In this document: piece after piece, positions 26,010 to 39,179 of the stretch
How the letters are laid out: every line of letters begins with the position of its first letter
How positions within the stretch are numbered: the stretch's first letter is position 1
Origin: Anthoceros angustus
Lineage: Eukaryota; Plantae; Anthocerotophyta
Direction of reading: 5' to 3'
Assembly (NCBI GenBank): GCA_010909165.1
Contig: MU008161.1
Span: 1,674,001 to 1,738,000, forward strand
DNA length: 64,000 bases
Program-made: the position numbers and the translations under genes
The notes under the pieces: generated by a model
Told to the model about the DNA's origin: nothing
Database searches by the model: none
What the model saw: only the letters and a program-made list of their open reading frames with translations

Positions 26010-27865
26010 GAGAGGAAAGGACCGATGCGTGAAGGATGTATGAACGATACGGACGCGAACGGGTCTCAAACGCTTGGCCATACCGGCCTACGGTGAACGC
26101 CAGAGTAGTTAGAGTATGTGTGGTTGAGACCGAACGAGCGCTAAGGACGGTAAGAATCACCAAACGCGTAAACGGGCCTATCATTCCCTTTGGGAACGGA
26201 CTTCTTCCTACAACGACACGGATTGTGCGCGCTACCATCATCAAAGAAAGTCCCATGCACTCCAACTCGCTTGAGGGTAGAGGAGGGTCGCCACGCAGCA
26301 AGGAGCAAGACGCCGAGTTGGAAAGAGAGCCGAGCGACACTAGGCGCCGAGGAGTTACTGGGCGGTCAAGGGATATGGCGTCAAGGAGGAAAATGGCGGG
26401 GCAAGAGAGGGCTCAAGGAGGAGCGACGCTGCTGCTCGCGGAAGGCGGAGGCGAACTCGGTCCATGGCCGGAAAGTTGGCCGAGAGTTACCAGCGGAGGA
26501 GGAGCACGCCAAGGAGAGGCAACAACTCTAGGAAGTGGCCGGCCGCCTATGCAACTGCGAGGCGGCGGGACCAAATTGGACGACCACGATGAACGGCAGG
26601 CGCAGTGACAACCGGTATGCCTACCATCAAGAATATTTGGCGGCAGGAGTATCGAGTGCTCCACGCCCATGTGGAGGAGGTCATCCAACAGTCGACTCCG
26701 ATTTGCGTATCACGCCAAAGCTCCCAGGGGGTAGTACACCACGCCGCCAAGATCGGGTCGGAGGGCCCGGAGGCAGAGGCGGCCTAGGGGAGAGCGCACA
26801 GGGAATCTTGGAGCCTGTTTGGTGTGAGGCGTGTGGGGAGGGCCCGGAGGAGGAGCGTCGGAGGAGGGTGAAGCGGTGGAGACAACAAGACCGGTGGGTA
26901 GGTCGCACCCAATGCTGGAGGAGAGAGGAAAGGACGATGCGTGAAGGATGTATGAACGATACGGACGCGAACGGGTCTCAAACGCTTGGCCATACCGGCC
27001 TACGGTGAACGCCAGAGTAGTTAGAGTATGTGTGGTTGAGACCGAACGAGCGCTAAGGACGGTAAGAATCACCAAACGCGTAAACGGGCCTATCATTCCC
27101 TTTGGGAACGGACTTCTTCCTACAACGACACGGATTGTGCGCGCTACCATCATCAAAGAAAGTCCCATGCACTCCAACTCGCTTGAGGGTAGAGGAGGGT
27201 CGCCACGCAGCAAGGAGCAAGACGCCGAGTTGGAAAGAGAGCCGAGCGACACTAGGCGCCGAGGAGTTACTGGGCGGTCAAGGGATATGGCGTCAAGGAG
27301 GAAAATGGCGGGGCAAGAGAGGGCTCAAGGAGGAGCGACGCTGCTGCTCGCGGAAGGCGGAGGCAGAACTCCGGTCCATGGCCGGAAAGTTGGCCGAGTT
27401 GCAAAAGCAGCAGGAGGAGGAGCACGCCAAGGAGAGGCAACAACTCTAGGAAGTGGCCGAAGCCGCCTTAACGGCTTTGCGAGACGCGGCCAGGACCAAA
27501 TTGGACGACCTCACGATGAACGGCGCAGCAAGCAACCAGGTATGCCCAGCTACCGAAGAATATTTGGCGACGGGAGTATCGAGTGCTCCACGCCCATGTG
27601 GAGGAGGTCATCCAACAGGTCGACTCCGATTTCGCGTATTATCACGCAAAGCTCCTGAAGGCAGTAGGGGTAGTACACCACGCTGCCAAGATCGAAGGAC
27701 CGCCAGAGGAGTCGGAGGGGGCCCGGAGAGACGAGGGCCTAGGGGAGAGCGCAGCCACAGGGAATCTTGGAGCCCCTGCTTGGACGGTGGTGCAGCTGGG
27801 AGGGCCCGAGGAGGAGCGTCGGAGGAGGAGGGTGAAGCGGTGGAGACAACAAGACCAGAGGTAGG
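26010..27865 (+). repeat. ~0.9-kb tandem duplication (about 26010-26920 and 26920-27865)
   Basis: ORFs at 26036 and 26948 have identical N-termini (MYERYGRERVSNAW...). Confidence 0.9.
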
Positions 27866-30560
27866 TCCGTCGCACCCAATGCCGGGAGGGGAAGAGAGAG
27901 CACCGGAAGGGGAATACAGGAGGAGAAGGCCCGGAGGATCGGTTAGGGGACCTAGCGCAGGAGGGTATGAGCCCGAGGTCCGGACTCAGGAGGAGAGGAC
28001 GGACCCCGAGGTCCGGACTCAGGAGGAGAGGACAAACCCCGAGGTCCGGACTCGGAGGGGAAGAGAGAGCACCGCAAGGGGAATACAGGAGGAGAAGGCC
28101 CGGAGGATCGGTTAGGGGACCTAGCGCAGGAGGGTATGAGCCCGAGGTCCGGACTCAGGAGGAGAGGACGGACCCCGAGGTCCGGACTCAGGAGGAGAGG
28201 ACAAACCCCGAGGTCCGGACTCAGGAGGGGGGAACGAGTCCAATAGTCCTAACCCTGGGAGTGGGGGTAGGGGTGGTTGGTCGAGTCATAAGCCCAGAAG
28301 AGCAGCTCCGGATGGATCCAGGCGAGGTCCCACCAGTAGCGCGGTGGGCCATGAGGAGGAGGACTTAGTGGTCACAACAGTTGTCAGTCCACCTCCAGTG
28401 GCGCAGATTGACAGAATTAGAGGTAGGGGAAGAGCCTCTGTGGGACTCCGGGGGTCGCAGATCATCCGATTGGGTGCTCCGCATGTGCCAGAGCTGGGGA
28501 TTGGGCTGCCAGCGCTAGGGAGGAACCATGGTCAAAGCCCCACCACCGTAGGCGTAGGTAGGGAAAATAGGGGAGGAGGAGAGCCACTTGCTGGGGCATA
28601 GTGAGCTGGATATTAGCTTGAATTAGGGGTGTATTAAAGGCGCTCCTTCAGGACGTAGTATAAGAGGGTGATTGCCATTCAAGTAAAGGGACCTTTCTTT
28701 TGGGGTTGATACCGCGTTATCTTTGCAGGCCCTTGTGTGTCTCTTGCTAACACGAGTTCCGAGTCACTGAGCGGGCAGACTACTCCGGAGTGTCAAATGA
28801 ATTGTTAATGTTTGTGTTCAATCTTAACATATTACGACCTCTAGCACGTGCATAACATGGTGTGCCAAGAGCGATATAACGAAAATCACATACATGCTTA
28901 TATAAAGATTATAGTAAACCCTAATGCTCACTATCCGAGTAGGATAATAGGGACATTGTCTATGAGCTACCCTTGGTCATCGTGGACGCTTACTACCGAC
29001 GGCCGCATGCACCATCCTGTCGCAATATGGGGTCCGTTCTAAGGAATGTCTTGTTCCGTTGTGCATGTTCCGATACCAAACACTTTCCGCCGTTAAGAGA
29101 CGATTGCTTACGAGGTCACCCGCCCCCACGCATTCATCCATTGTCAAGTTAGAGACTACCTTCCCCTACCTCACCCTACTGGCCACCGTGACAGCCGGGA
29201 TGGCCAAACCTTTAAGGACCGCCAGAGAGCCTGAGGAGGGCCCGGAGAGACGAGGGCCTAGGGGAGAGCGCAATGGCTGTGGGAATCTTGGAGCCCCTGC
29301 TTGGTGACGAGAGCAGCAGCTGGGAGGGCCCGAGGAGGAGCACGCCAGGAGGAGGGTGAAGCGGTGGAGACAACAAGACAGAGGTAGGTCCTGACCCAAT
29401 GCCGGAGGGGAAGAGAGAGCACCAAGGGGAATACAGGAGGAGAAGGCCGGAGGATCGGTTAGGGACCTAGCTAGAGGAAAGGGGAGCCCGAGGTCCGACT
29501 CAGAGGAGAGGACGGACCCCGAGGTCCGGACTCGGAGGAGAGGACAAACCCCGAGGTCCGGACTCAGGAGGGGGGAACGAGTCCAATAGTCCTAACCCTA
29601 GGAGTGGGGGTAGGGGTGGTTGAGAGTCAGTCGCAACAAGCCCAGGAAGAACGGGCTCCGGATGGATCCGCAGGGCGAGGTCCCACCTGGCCAAAGGGGA
29701 TGGGGCGAGGAGAGGACTTAGTGGTCACAATCAGTCACCACCTCCAAAGTACAGATGTAGAGGTAGGGAAGAGCCTGTGGGACTGGGGTCGCAGATCATC
29801 CGATTGGTGCTCCACGCCCATGTGGAGGAGGTCCGGACTCGGAGGAGGCGAGGAACCATGGTCAAAGCCCCACCACCGAGGCGTAGGTAGGAAAATAGGG
29901 GAGGAGGAGGAGAGCCACTTGTCGGGGCATAGTGAGCTGGATATTAGCTTGAATTAGGTGTATTAAAGGCGCCTTCAGACGAGTATAAGAGGGTGATTGC
30001 CATTCAAGTAAAGGGACCTTTCTTTTGGGGTTGATACACTGCGTTATCTTTGCAGTGCCCTTGTGTGTCTCTTGCTAACACGAACGGAACATCGAAGGTA
30101 CTACTCCGAGTGTCAAATGAATTGTTAATGTTTGTGTTCAATCTTAACATATTACGACCTCTAGCACGTGCATAACATGGTGTGCCAAGAGCGATATAAC
30201 GAAAATCACATACATGCTTATATAAAGATTATAGTAAACCCTAATGCTCACTATCCGAGTAGGATAATAGGGACATTGTCTATGAGCTACCCTTGGTCAC
30301 TGTGACGCTACTTTCACTGACGGCCAGCCGGGCATGCACCAGTCCCGTGTCGCAATATGGGGTCCGTTCCTAAGGGAATGTCTTGTTCCGTTTGTGCATG
30401 TTCCGATACCAAACACTTTCCGCCGTTAAGAGACGATTGCTTACCTGAGGTCACCCGCCCCTACGCATTCATCCATTCGAGCTGCGGTTAGAGACTACCC
30501 TTCCCCTACCTCACCCTACTCGCTCACCGTACAGGCCCGGGATGGCCAAACCTTTAAGGA
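27695..30560 (+). repeat. ~1.4-kb tandem duplication (about 27695-29215 and 29215-30560) containing nested short repeats
   Basis: Near-identical blocks, e.g. tgtcaaatgaattgttaatg at 28792 and 30111. Confidence 0.85.
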
Positions 30561-31559
30561 CCCGCTCGCGTCCGAAATCTACCTATCTTCACTTACTCCC
30601 TCCCTCGCCTCGTTTCTCCTACCATTCTTGCTTGCACCCAATGTGCCTAGTTGAAGTTCACGATCAGGTATGTGTAGGCTACAGACCTTCGCGTCGCGTC
30701 CGCTAGGTCTCCCCGCCCGGACTGTGCACGCCCTTCTTGGGGTCCGGCTAATCGCGCCCACTCCGGTCCGCCAGACGCCGAACCTCTGGCTTGCAGGAGT
30801 AGGGGTCCGGAGTCCTCCGCACCTGCACACACACCACCACACATTTAGGTCCGTCACCAAGACCTAGATCAGCAAATCCTATAATAAACAATCATCAATC
30901 GTGTTCTGCCACATCACGATGTAGGCATCGTCATTTGTGTTGTTTTATGTGCTTATCAAATATAACACAATAACAAACTAAGACCTTTTTACACCAACCA
31001 TCGATGACCGGGCTATGGTCACATTGTTAATTGACCTCACAATGCCACTATGGCAGGCCATTCTCGGCATTCGGGTCGCACCGTAGTATACTGGTTATGT
31101 TGACCATCGTATGGCACATAAGGTGAACCCTAGAAGTTAGAATTTTAAATTGTCACATCACCCCTCTTCCCTTTCCTCCCTTGCCCCGTGGAGACAAAAA
31201 AACCACCTCACTTTCTTCCCCTTTGCCCTTGTCCCATCGTCTCTCATCTCCCACACTGTGCAAATATATGTTATTGTGCCCGTACCATGTTGAGAGATCC
31301 TCCAACATGGACGAGGTATGACATGTTTCTTTTATTTTCTTTTTCTAATTAGGGCTTTTTTTTGCAAGGTGTAAACTAAAGATTTATGGTCTGTTATACT
31401 CACAACATAGGGTGATAGCCTATGTTGAAGTTGCAAGCAACACATATTAATGAGGCCTTCTCATGAGAGTTGCTCTACTACTGGTTTCCATGGCCAAGGA
31501 AAGAAAGGCAAGTATAAAACCTCTCAAAAAATGCAAGTTTACATGGACTAAGATAGACT

Positions 31560-32125
31560 AGGATCAAGGAAACATGAATCAACAACTTACGGCTTCTTCT
31601 CCGGATAGAATATTTAGGCAATTGCTTTGAATATCTTAAAATATTTTTTCAATATTTATGTGGAGAGGGTAGGTCCAGCTCTTCTAACATTTGACATCCA
31701 CTTGCGGAAAGCTATTCTTGTTGAAATCAAGGTAGCCATGGCATTGTATTGGCTAGCCTCTGAGGAGAAGTTGCAAACTGTTCGTGACATCTTTCGTTAT
31801 AGAACCTCTTTGCCTATGGATCAATAGTTGATAAGCATGCTTTTTGCAATGCTTTAGAGGAGAAGGTCCATAAGGATGCATCACATATTTCTATACTTAG
31901 TCCAATCCATGCGAAAGTAGATTATTAAGATCGAAAGGGGTTTTACTCTCAACTCTTGTAGCTAACTGTGATCGCAAAGTGTTTGGTGTGGGACTATAAC
32001 TTTAGATGGTCAAGCAATCTAAACGATTAGAACCTTTTCAAAAGGGCAAGACTTGGCCAGAAATTTGGGCCTGGAATGTTGGGCCATTATAGCCTTGTCG
32101 GCGGTACTAGGTATTGGTCACGTCT
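31560..32125 (+). mobile_element. PIF/Harbinger transposase pseudogene fragment
   Basis: LRKAILVEIKVAMALYWLAS...TVRDIF matches the Harbinger HTH region; decayed GWPGS/D-like and LVGDxxY-like segments downstream; stops and frameshifts. Confidence 0.7.
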
Positions 32126-32954
32126 CTACATGTTTATCCCTTTGTGAGGATCACGAGAGGGGTTATCTCCTGTGCAGTCATATGGGCTTTTTTTGAGGCC
32201 TTCCTACTACAAAGCCACAAAACAAGCATAACAAGATTCAGTAGGAAATTCGAGCTCCATCTACTACCGAAACTTCCATTTGCACAAACGAAGCTCAATT
32301 AAAATAGCAAACGGTGGGAAAAGAATCCTCATATGGTCTCCGAGGAGTGTGCAAGGTTAATTACTGAACGCACCCTCCTTCTAGCGAGCTCTTTCTGCAA
32401 CAAGCAACACTGCATGGTTCAATACATGCATAGAACTGCAATGTTGTTAAACCCATTCAATCAAGTGTTCGCATGGCCGCAATATGATATGGTTCAATAG
32501 AATCACAGAACCGCAATGCTGGTTCAAAACATGCACAGATTTGCAAGGCTTGCTCAACGCGGTCATGGGCTAGCAGGGCCACTGCCATGCCGGACGGGCA
32601 TGGCCGATACCATGCCATAAGCTGTGCTTGGAAAGGGAAATGCTCACCTACCACTGTGACGCCCACGCGTTGTCTCTCCCATCCGAGCTTGCCGTGAGGG
32701 CATTGCCTGCTTGCTCGATGCCTACATGCCTCACCCGATGCCTCCCGCACATTGCCACAGTTGCATCTGCCGGCCTCCCACTATAGCACTCGCCTGCCTA
32801 CCTGCCGCGCCTCGCTCGCCTTCCTGCCTGCCTCGATCGCCCGTTGTACACACCTGCATCATCCAATTTCCGCGATAACATCACATGAAGTAAATGAGGC
32901 CATAGTATCATCACACCTAATATTTCGACCGAGATAGCATGTTTTCATTGGTCT

Positions 32955-33385
32955 AAGGCTTCACCGCCTCGGGAGGTAGGTGAAGCACTGACATGCCTGC
33001 TATTGGTGCAAGGCTTCACCAGCCTTGAGAGGTAGGTGAAACACTTACATGTCTGCCAATGCCACATAGACGTCACACATGATCCACATTCAAGCCACTA
33101 GCAGTTGTGTAAAATCGAAACAGACGCCACACATGATCCACATTCAAGCCACTAGCAGTTGTGTAAAATCGTTTTGTGTCCGCCCTGTATCCTTTGACCA
33201 CATATTCCTTTGCAAGTGCTGGGAGTTGGTGTAAAATCGAAAACGGTGTCTGCCCACTATCCTTGGACCACATATATCCTTTGACCACTTACACACCGGC
33301 GGTCTAAATGTAAAATCACCCTAAATGTACATCAGCCGATGAAAATGTAAAACCATCCTAAATGTACATCAGCCGGTGAAAATGG
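32955..33385. repeat. Cluster of short direct repeats (e.g. cacatgatccacattcaagccactagcagttgtgtaaaatcg x2; cctaaatgtacatcagccg x2)
   Basis: Directly visible; resembles subterminal repeats of a DNA transposon. Confidence 0.7.
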
Positions 33386-33584
33386 AAATGAAAAACAGTT
33401 AATACATTAAAATTTTTGAGGAAAGCGGAAGGCGACCGGTCTGTTTCCCCAAACAAAAAACTTGAATCCAATCTGTATGTACAAGTAATCCGGAGAAAGA
33501 GCAAGCGGGGAGGCTACAAATGCAGAGAGAACCGTTGCGGGCTAAAATTACAAGCATCCTGTTCCTTGGCAAAGCGGTAGCGGC

Positions 33585-36500
33585 CTAGCATGCAAACAGA
33601 TAACGGAAGTCGAAGTCATATGGCATCACCTCGATATGGCGTGGCAAATCGTCAGGTTCCACGCTCTCGATGCAGCTTTGCACATGTTGTTGAAGTGATG
33701 AAGGCAGCTGCTGGCAGATCCATTCTAGCAAAGACTGCGCATCCTTGGCAAAATCTCGCAGATACCACTCCAGAAGCTTGGGGATGACGATTTTATTGTC
33801 AGCCGTGATGCCAATAGCGGCCTCCAGGTAGTCCCGCTTGGCAGCTTCCAGCTCCGCGTCCACTTCTCCCGGGGTGTATACTCGGACAGCAGGGGATGAT
33901 CTGCTCCCGCAGCTTAAGGCAAAACTAACCAGCGGCTCGGGCCATTGCAGCCCGTAGGCGCTCTGCTGGCTGCTGTCGTTGGTGGAGCCGGAGTTGGCGC
34001 TGTCCGGATCCACGTCCTCCTGCTTGGATTGGGAGGGAAGGCGGAGGATGAAGTGCTCGATGGCCAGGGGGTTGAGCAGATATCCTCCCACGTTGAGCAC
34101 TGCCTTGCGCATGAGAGCAAAAGTCTTGTGTGGACTGGACGGGATGCCGTTCTCCAAAAAGGCGTGCATCATACACACATTATAAGTGTTGATCCAAAAT
34201 GCCAGCTTCTGCTGGTGTGTGAGGCCCCGGAGGTTGACAACGCTGAGCTTCTTGAGCAGTACCCTGTGCCTGCGGTAAAGAGCAGCGGAGGCGGGGACGC
34301 GGCTGTGGTCGAATGATGCTGCCGTGATCTCCTGGTAATCTGCATACGCACCGATGTCCCTTGCCATACCTTGGGGGCAGACGCCGTAAGGGTCAGAGTC
34401 CATGTCACTGGAGAAGACGGTGAACCTGGCACTGCTGGCTGCAGAGCCTAAGCTCCTGGAACTGGAGCTTGATCCATATGTGGACCTTGAGACCACGGAA
34501 GATGCATCCGCTTCTGAGACAGAAGACACCCCGGCCAGCTTGGAATATATGTCCATCAAGCAACTCACCATCTCCTCAGACAGCTTGTTTGCCTCCGACC
34601 TCTGCAACACCCCGTCCTGTAAATACACAGATGATGACAGTGAGAAAAGCTTGGGGTTGCCACCGACTTGGGAGACCCTGGTCGAGAGGCTGCAGGAGAT
34701 ACTGAGGGAGTAGCTGCAGGAGTATCTGCAGGCGTCAATAAAGGTGTTGCTGCAGGCGTTGCGGAAGGTGTAGCTGCAGGCGTTGCGGAAGGTGTAGCTG
34801 CTGGCGTTGCGGAAGGTGTTGCAGACGGTGTTGCTGAAGGAATACTGGTTGCCGGAGATGGCTTCAGTAGCGGGCCAACTTCAGAAGCCTTGGGTACCTG
34901 CTCAGGACGAGCTTTGGTCTTGACTGGCTGCGGCATTCGCTTGGCATTCTTGTTTGCCATTCCCTGATTCTCCTTCTCCAACACACCGACTTGACGAGGC
35001 CTGCTCTGAGGTTTACTCTGAACTGCTCCGGTTCCAGCTGCCTTCTGCGGCTTGGAAGCCACAACCTGATTGCCCTTGCTTCCTTTAACATTGGAGACAG
35101 TGCGCGGAGCCGGCAGAGGCTTGGAAGACACCTTGGGAGACAGCTGAGGAGAAGGCTGAGCAGAAGAGGCAGCGCTGCCGCGGCTCGAGGTCTGCTTCCA
35201 GGCCGCCGGTTTGGTTTCCACTGTCAGCAACCTGCCACCACCAGCCTTTCCTGGTGCTTTAACTTGCTGCGATCCCTGGGGCCTGCTGTTGGCAGGTGCC
35301 TGAGGCTTGGCACCTGTTTGGAGCAATTTGGCAACCACCGAGTCCTTCCGCGGCCCCTGAGTAGCATCCGACACTGCAGATTCCGGCAATTGGATGTCAG
35401 ACGAATTAGGAGAGTCCGTATCGGTGCTGCTGTCAGCAGAGGCGGCAACTGCAGCCTTGGCTACTGTCTCCTTGGCAGGAGCCGGAGCTTGAGCTTGGGC
35501 TTGGGCTTGAGCCTTCGCCTTGGCAACACCGGTGGCTTTCTGCGTTGCACAGGAAAAGAGGAGAGCTTCCTTGTACAAATCCTCCCGCAGCGACACCACA
35601 TCTTCTTCAAGATTGGTCACCTCCTCCTCCAGGACAGCCACTTCCGCCAGGAGCTTCCGGGTTGGCGCAGGCACGTAGGCAGGCAGGCGGGGAAGCACAC
35701 CTGCAGCCCTCCTCAAGGCGCGATCCAGAGCCCTGTGAATGTTTCCTTCCTGCAGCAAAGTCTTGCGTAGCCCTGCCACTTCTCCCGGGTGTATACTCGG
35801 ACAGCAGGGGATGATCTGCTCCCGCAGCCAGCAAAACGGCCATTGCAGCCCGTAGGCGCTCTGCTAACTGCTGTCGTTGGTGGAGCCGGAGTTGGCGCTG
35901 TCCGGATCCACGTCCTCCTGCTTGGATTGGGAGGAAGGCGGAGGATGAAGTGCTCGATGGCCAGGGGTTGAGCAGATATCCTCCCACGTTGAGCACTGCC
36001 TTGCGCATGAGAGCAAAGTCTTGTGTGGACTGGACGGGATGCCGTTCTCCAAAAGGCGTGCATCATACACACATTATAAGTGTTGATCCAAAATGCCAGC
36101 TTCTGCTGGTGTGAGGCCCCGGAGGTTGACAACGCTGAGCTTCTTGAGCAGTACCCTGTGCCTGCGGTAAAGAGCAGCGGAGGCGGGGACGCGGCTGTGG
36201 TCGAATGATGCTGCCGTGATCTCCTGGTAATCTGCATACGCACCGATGTCCCTTGCCATACCTTGGGGCAGACGCCGTAAGGGTCAGAGTCCATGTCACT
36301 GGAGAAGACGGTGAACCTGGCACTGCTGGCTGCAGAGCCTAAGCTCCTGGAACTGGAGCTTGATCCATATGTGGACCTTGAGACCACGGAAGATGCATCC
36401 GCTTCTGAGACAGAAGACACCCCGGCCAGCTTGGAATATATGTCCATCAAGCAACTCACCATCTCCTCAGACAGCTTGTTTGCCTCCGACCTCTGCAACA

Positions 36501-37993
36501 CCCCGTCCTGTAAATACACAGATGATGACAGTGAGAAAAGCTTGGGGTTGCCACCGACTTGGGAGACCCTGGTCGAGAGGCTGCAGGAGATACTGAGGGA
36601 GTAGCTGCAGGAGTATCTGCAGGCGTCAATAAAGGTGTTGCTGCAGGCGTTGCGGAAGGTGTAGCTGCAGGCGTTGCGGAAGGTGTAGCTGCTGGCGTTG
36701 CGGAAGGTGTTGCAGACGGTGTTGCTGAAGGAATACTGGTTGCCGGAGATGGCTTCAGTAGCGGGCCAACTTCAGAAGCCTTGGGTACCTGCTCAGGACG
36801 AGCTTTGGTCTTGACTGGCTGCGGCATTCGCTTGGCATTCTTGTTTGCCATTCCTGATTCTCCTTCTCCAACACACCGACTTGACGAGGCCTGCTCTGAG
36901 GTTTACTCTGAACTGCTCCGGTTCCAGCTGCCTTCTGCGGCTTGGAAGCCACAACCTGATTGCCCTTGCTTCCTTTAACATTGGAGACAGTGCGGAGCCG
37001 GCAGAGGCTTGGAAGACACCTTGGGAGACAGCTGAGGAGAAGGCTGAGCAGAAGAGGCAGCGCTGCCGCGGCTCGAGGTCTGCTTCCAGGCCGCCGGTTT
37101 GGTTTCCACTGTCAGCAACCTGCCACCACCAGCCTTTCCTGGTGCTTTAACTGCTGCGATCCCTGGGGCCTGCTGTTGGCAGGTGCCTGAGGCTTGGCAC
37201 CTGTTTGGAGCAATTTGGCAACCACCGAGTCCTTCCGCGGCCCCTGAGTAGCATCCGACACTGCAGATTCCGGCAATTGGATGTCAGACGAATTAGGAGA
37301 GTCCGTATCGGTGCTGCTGTCAGCAGAGGCGGCAACCGCAGCCTTGGCTACTGTCTCCTTGGCAGGAGCCGGAGCTTGAGCTTGGGCTTGGGCTTGAGCC
37401 TTCGCCTTGGCAACACCGGTGGCTTTCTGCGTTGCACAGGAAAAGAGGAGAGCTTCCTTGTACAAATCCTCCCGCAGCGACACCACATCTTCTTCAAGAT
37501 TGGTCACCTCCTCCTCCAGGACAGCCACTTCCGCCAGGAGCTTCCGGGTTGGCGCAGGCACGTAGGCAGGCAGGCGGGGAAGCACACCTGCAGCCCTCCT
37601 CAAGGCGCGATCCAGAGCCCTGTGAATGTTTCCTTCCTGCAGCAAAGTCTTGCGTAGCCCTGCCACTTCCTCTTCCAGCGCCATCCTCCGCTGTCGTAAG
37701 GTGAGGGACAGGGATTCATCTTCAGAGGCAGCGGCGGAGGCGTGTTTGCTCTGCTCCCCCTGCTCCTCGCCTTCACTTTCACCTTCTTCTCCCTCTACAC
37801 CGTCACCTGCAGAGGAGGCCGCAGCGGGCGGAAGATCCCAGTCCCACTCTTGCACCGACGCTGTGACGGACGACGCGAGTGAGGGAGACACAGATCCAGA
37901 AGCAGGCGGCTGCTTCACAGCGGGAGGAGCCGCAGCAGCATTCTTGTCCGAGAATATGCCATGGATCCGAGCCCAGGTAGGCTTGAGAGCCAT
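33585..37993 (-). CDS. Ternary complex factor MIP1 leucine-zipper plus DUF547 protein, with an internal ~1.9-kb tandem duplication; probable intron 34617-34702
   Basis: RRMALEEEVAGLRKTLLQEGNIHRAL...LLAEVAVLEEEV (Lzipper-MIP1); NKLSEEMV, KLAFWINTYN, IEHFILR, EPLVSFALSCGSRSSPAVRVY, PYDFDFRYL (DUF547); ATP(S/A) repeats in the linker. Confidence 0.9.
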
Positions 37994-39167
37994 GGCGGGA
38001 CTGAGAGCGGGTTGCGAAAGACGCTGTGTTGAAGCACCTGGAGAGCTACATCACGTGTGACCCTGGCATTGCCCCACCAACAAGAAGGCACTTCCGCTCG
38101 GGCTCAGCTGCGACGTGGTGCAAACAAATCTTGCGACCTCGCTGCTCCTGCTTCTGCGGGTGTTGGTGGGGGGTTGGCGGCAGTGGACAGATGGTGGGGG
38201 CTGGGCCAGCGTCCGGACGCAAATCCCCATTGGCAGTACCGTACCCGAATCAAGACCAAGAAGGCGCCGGACAGCACAACACAGCACACACAGCGGCAAC
38301 AGCAGCAGCAGGGGGAATCCGCGGCCCGCAACGCAGCAGTCTTGCCCAAGAAGAGATGGCCAAGAGCGGCGCCAAGCAGCAAGAATTTGAAGCACAGCTC
38401 ACAAGCAAGGCAATTGACAAGATGATGGGGCAGGAGCAGGAGCAGGAGCAGCAGCAGCAGCAGCAAGGGCGGCAGTGCCGCTTCTAAAAGCAGCAGCAAT
38501 ACCAGAAACAGCAGCAGCAGGTGGAGGGACGTGCGAGGAGGATCTCAGTTCCCGACGGCACCAACAGAGGTGGAACAACAGGAGCAGGAGAGGCAGGTGA
38601 AGCAAAGCGGACACTTGGCTGCCACCAACAACCAAAAGCGGCAGCGCAACAGCAGAAGCGGGAGAGGGACGGGGCGGGCACTGGAAATAGGCACAAGAGA
38701 GGGAGAAGGGCTGGGCGAGGGCGAAGTGGGGATCCAGAGAGGTAACGTGCGGCACACAGGCGCCAGGAATAACCTCACCGACTGTAGCGGGGCCTTGCCG
38801 GGAGCCCGGCAGCGGAAGCGATGCAGCAGGGCAGCGGAGCAGGGGCTGTGAGAAGAGAAGTGGGGCTCGCCACCGCGCGACAGGGCTGCCCTGCTCCCGC
38901 ACCAGACGCCAGTAAGACAAACAAAAGTTCAAGACAAACACACACAGGAAGCAGCGCGAAAGCGCGATCTCAGCAGGAGGAAGAACGACATGCACGGTTA
39001 ATCCCAATTCAAACTGGGCTAAACCCCGGTCCCCGCACCAGCCGCACCGTTGGTCCGTAACCACAGTCGCTTCCTCTTCGCTTCTACGATCTGCCCGTTG
39101 CAACTCTGCCCGTTTCCGGGTCGGACTCGCAGGTTCAAAAACCCGGGCGTGAGTAACAGTGTCCTGT

Positions 39168-39179
39168 CCATTTATAGCC
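39168..39179 (-). promoter_or_regulatory. Candidate TATA box (GGCTATAAATGG) for the DUF547 gene
   Basis: Consensus TATAAA on the minus strand ~1.2 kb upstream of the ATG; an acceptor-like TCTCCAG at ~38038 suggests an upstream intron. Confidence 0.4.

Larger units (their letters stand above)
17560..30860. mobile_element. Complex repeat block of tandem degenerate gene-like units, probably non-autonomous LTR-retrotransposon-related
   Basis: Related units at ~17570-20090 and ~20090-23400, many internal duplications, TCCGGAC-rich minisatellites, frameshifted ORFs. No RT, integrase or transposase motifs recognised; ends not defined. Confidence 0.6.

Noticed and set aside
27960-28230. Regularly spaced ccgaggtccggactc repeats as a CRISPR array
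   Set aside because: Spacers are repeated rather than unique, the context is eukaryotic and there are no cas genes.
17548-30860. TTGGTGAC...GTCACCAA as terminal inverted repeats of the repeat block
   Set aside because: Only 8 bp and no target-site duplication; boundaries remain unresolved.
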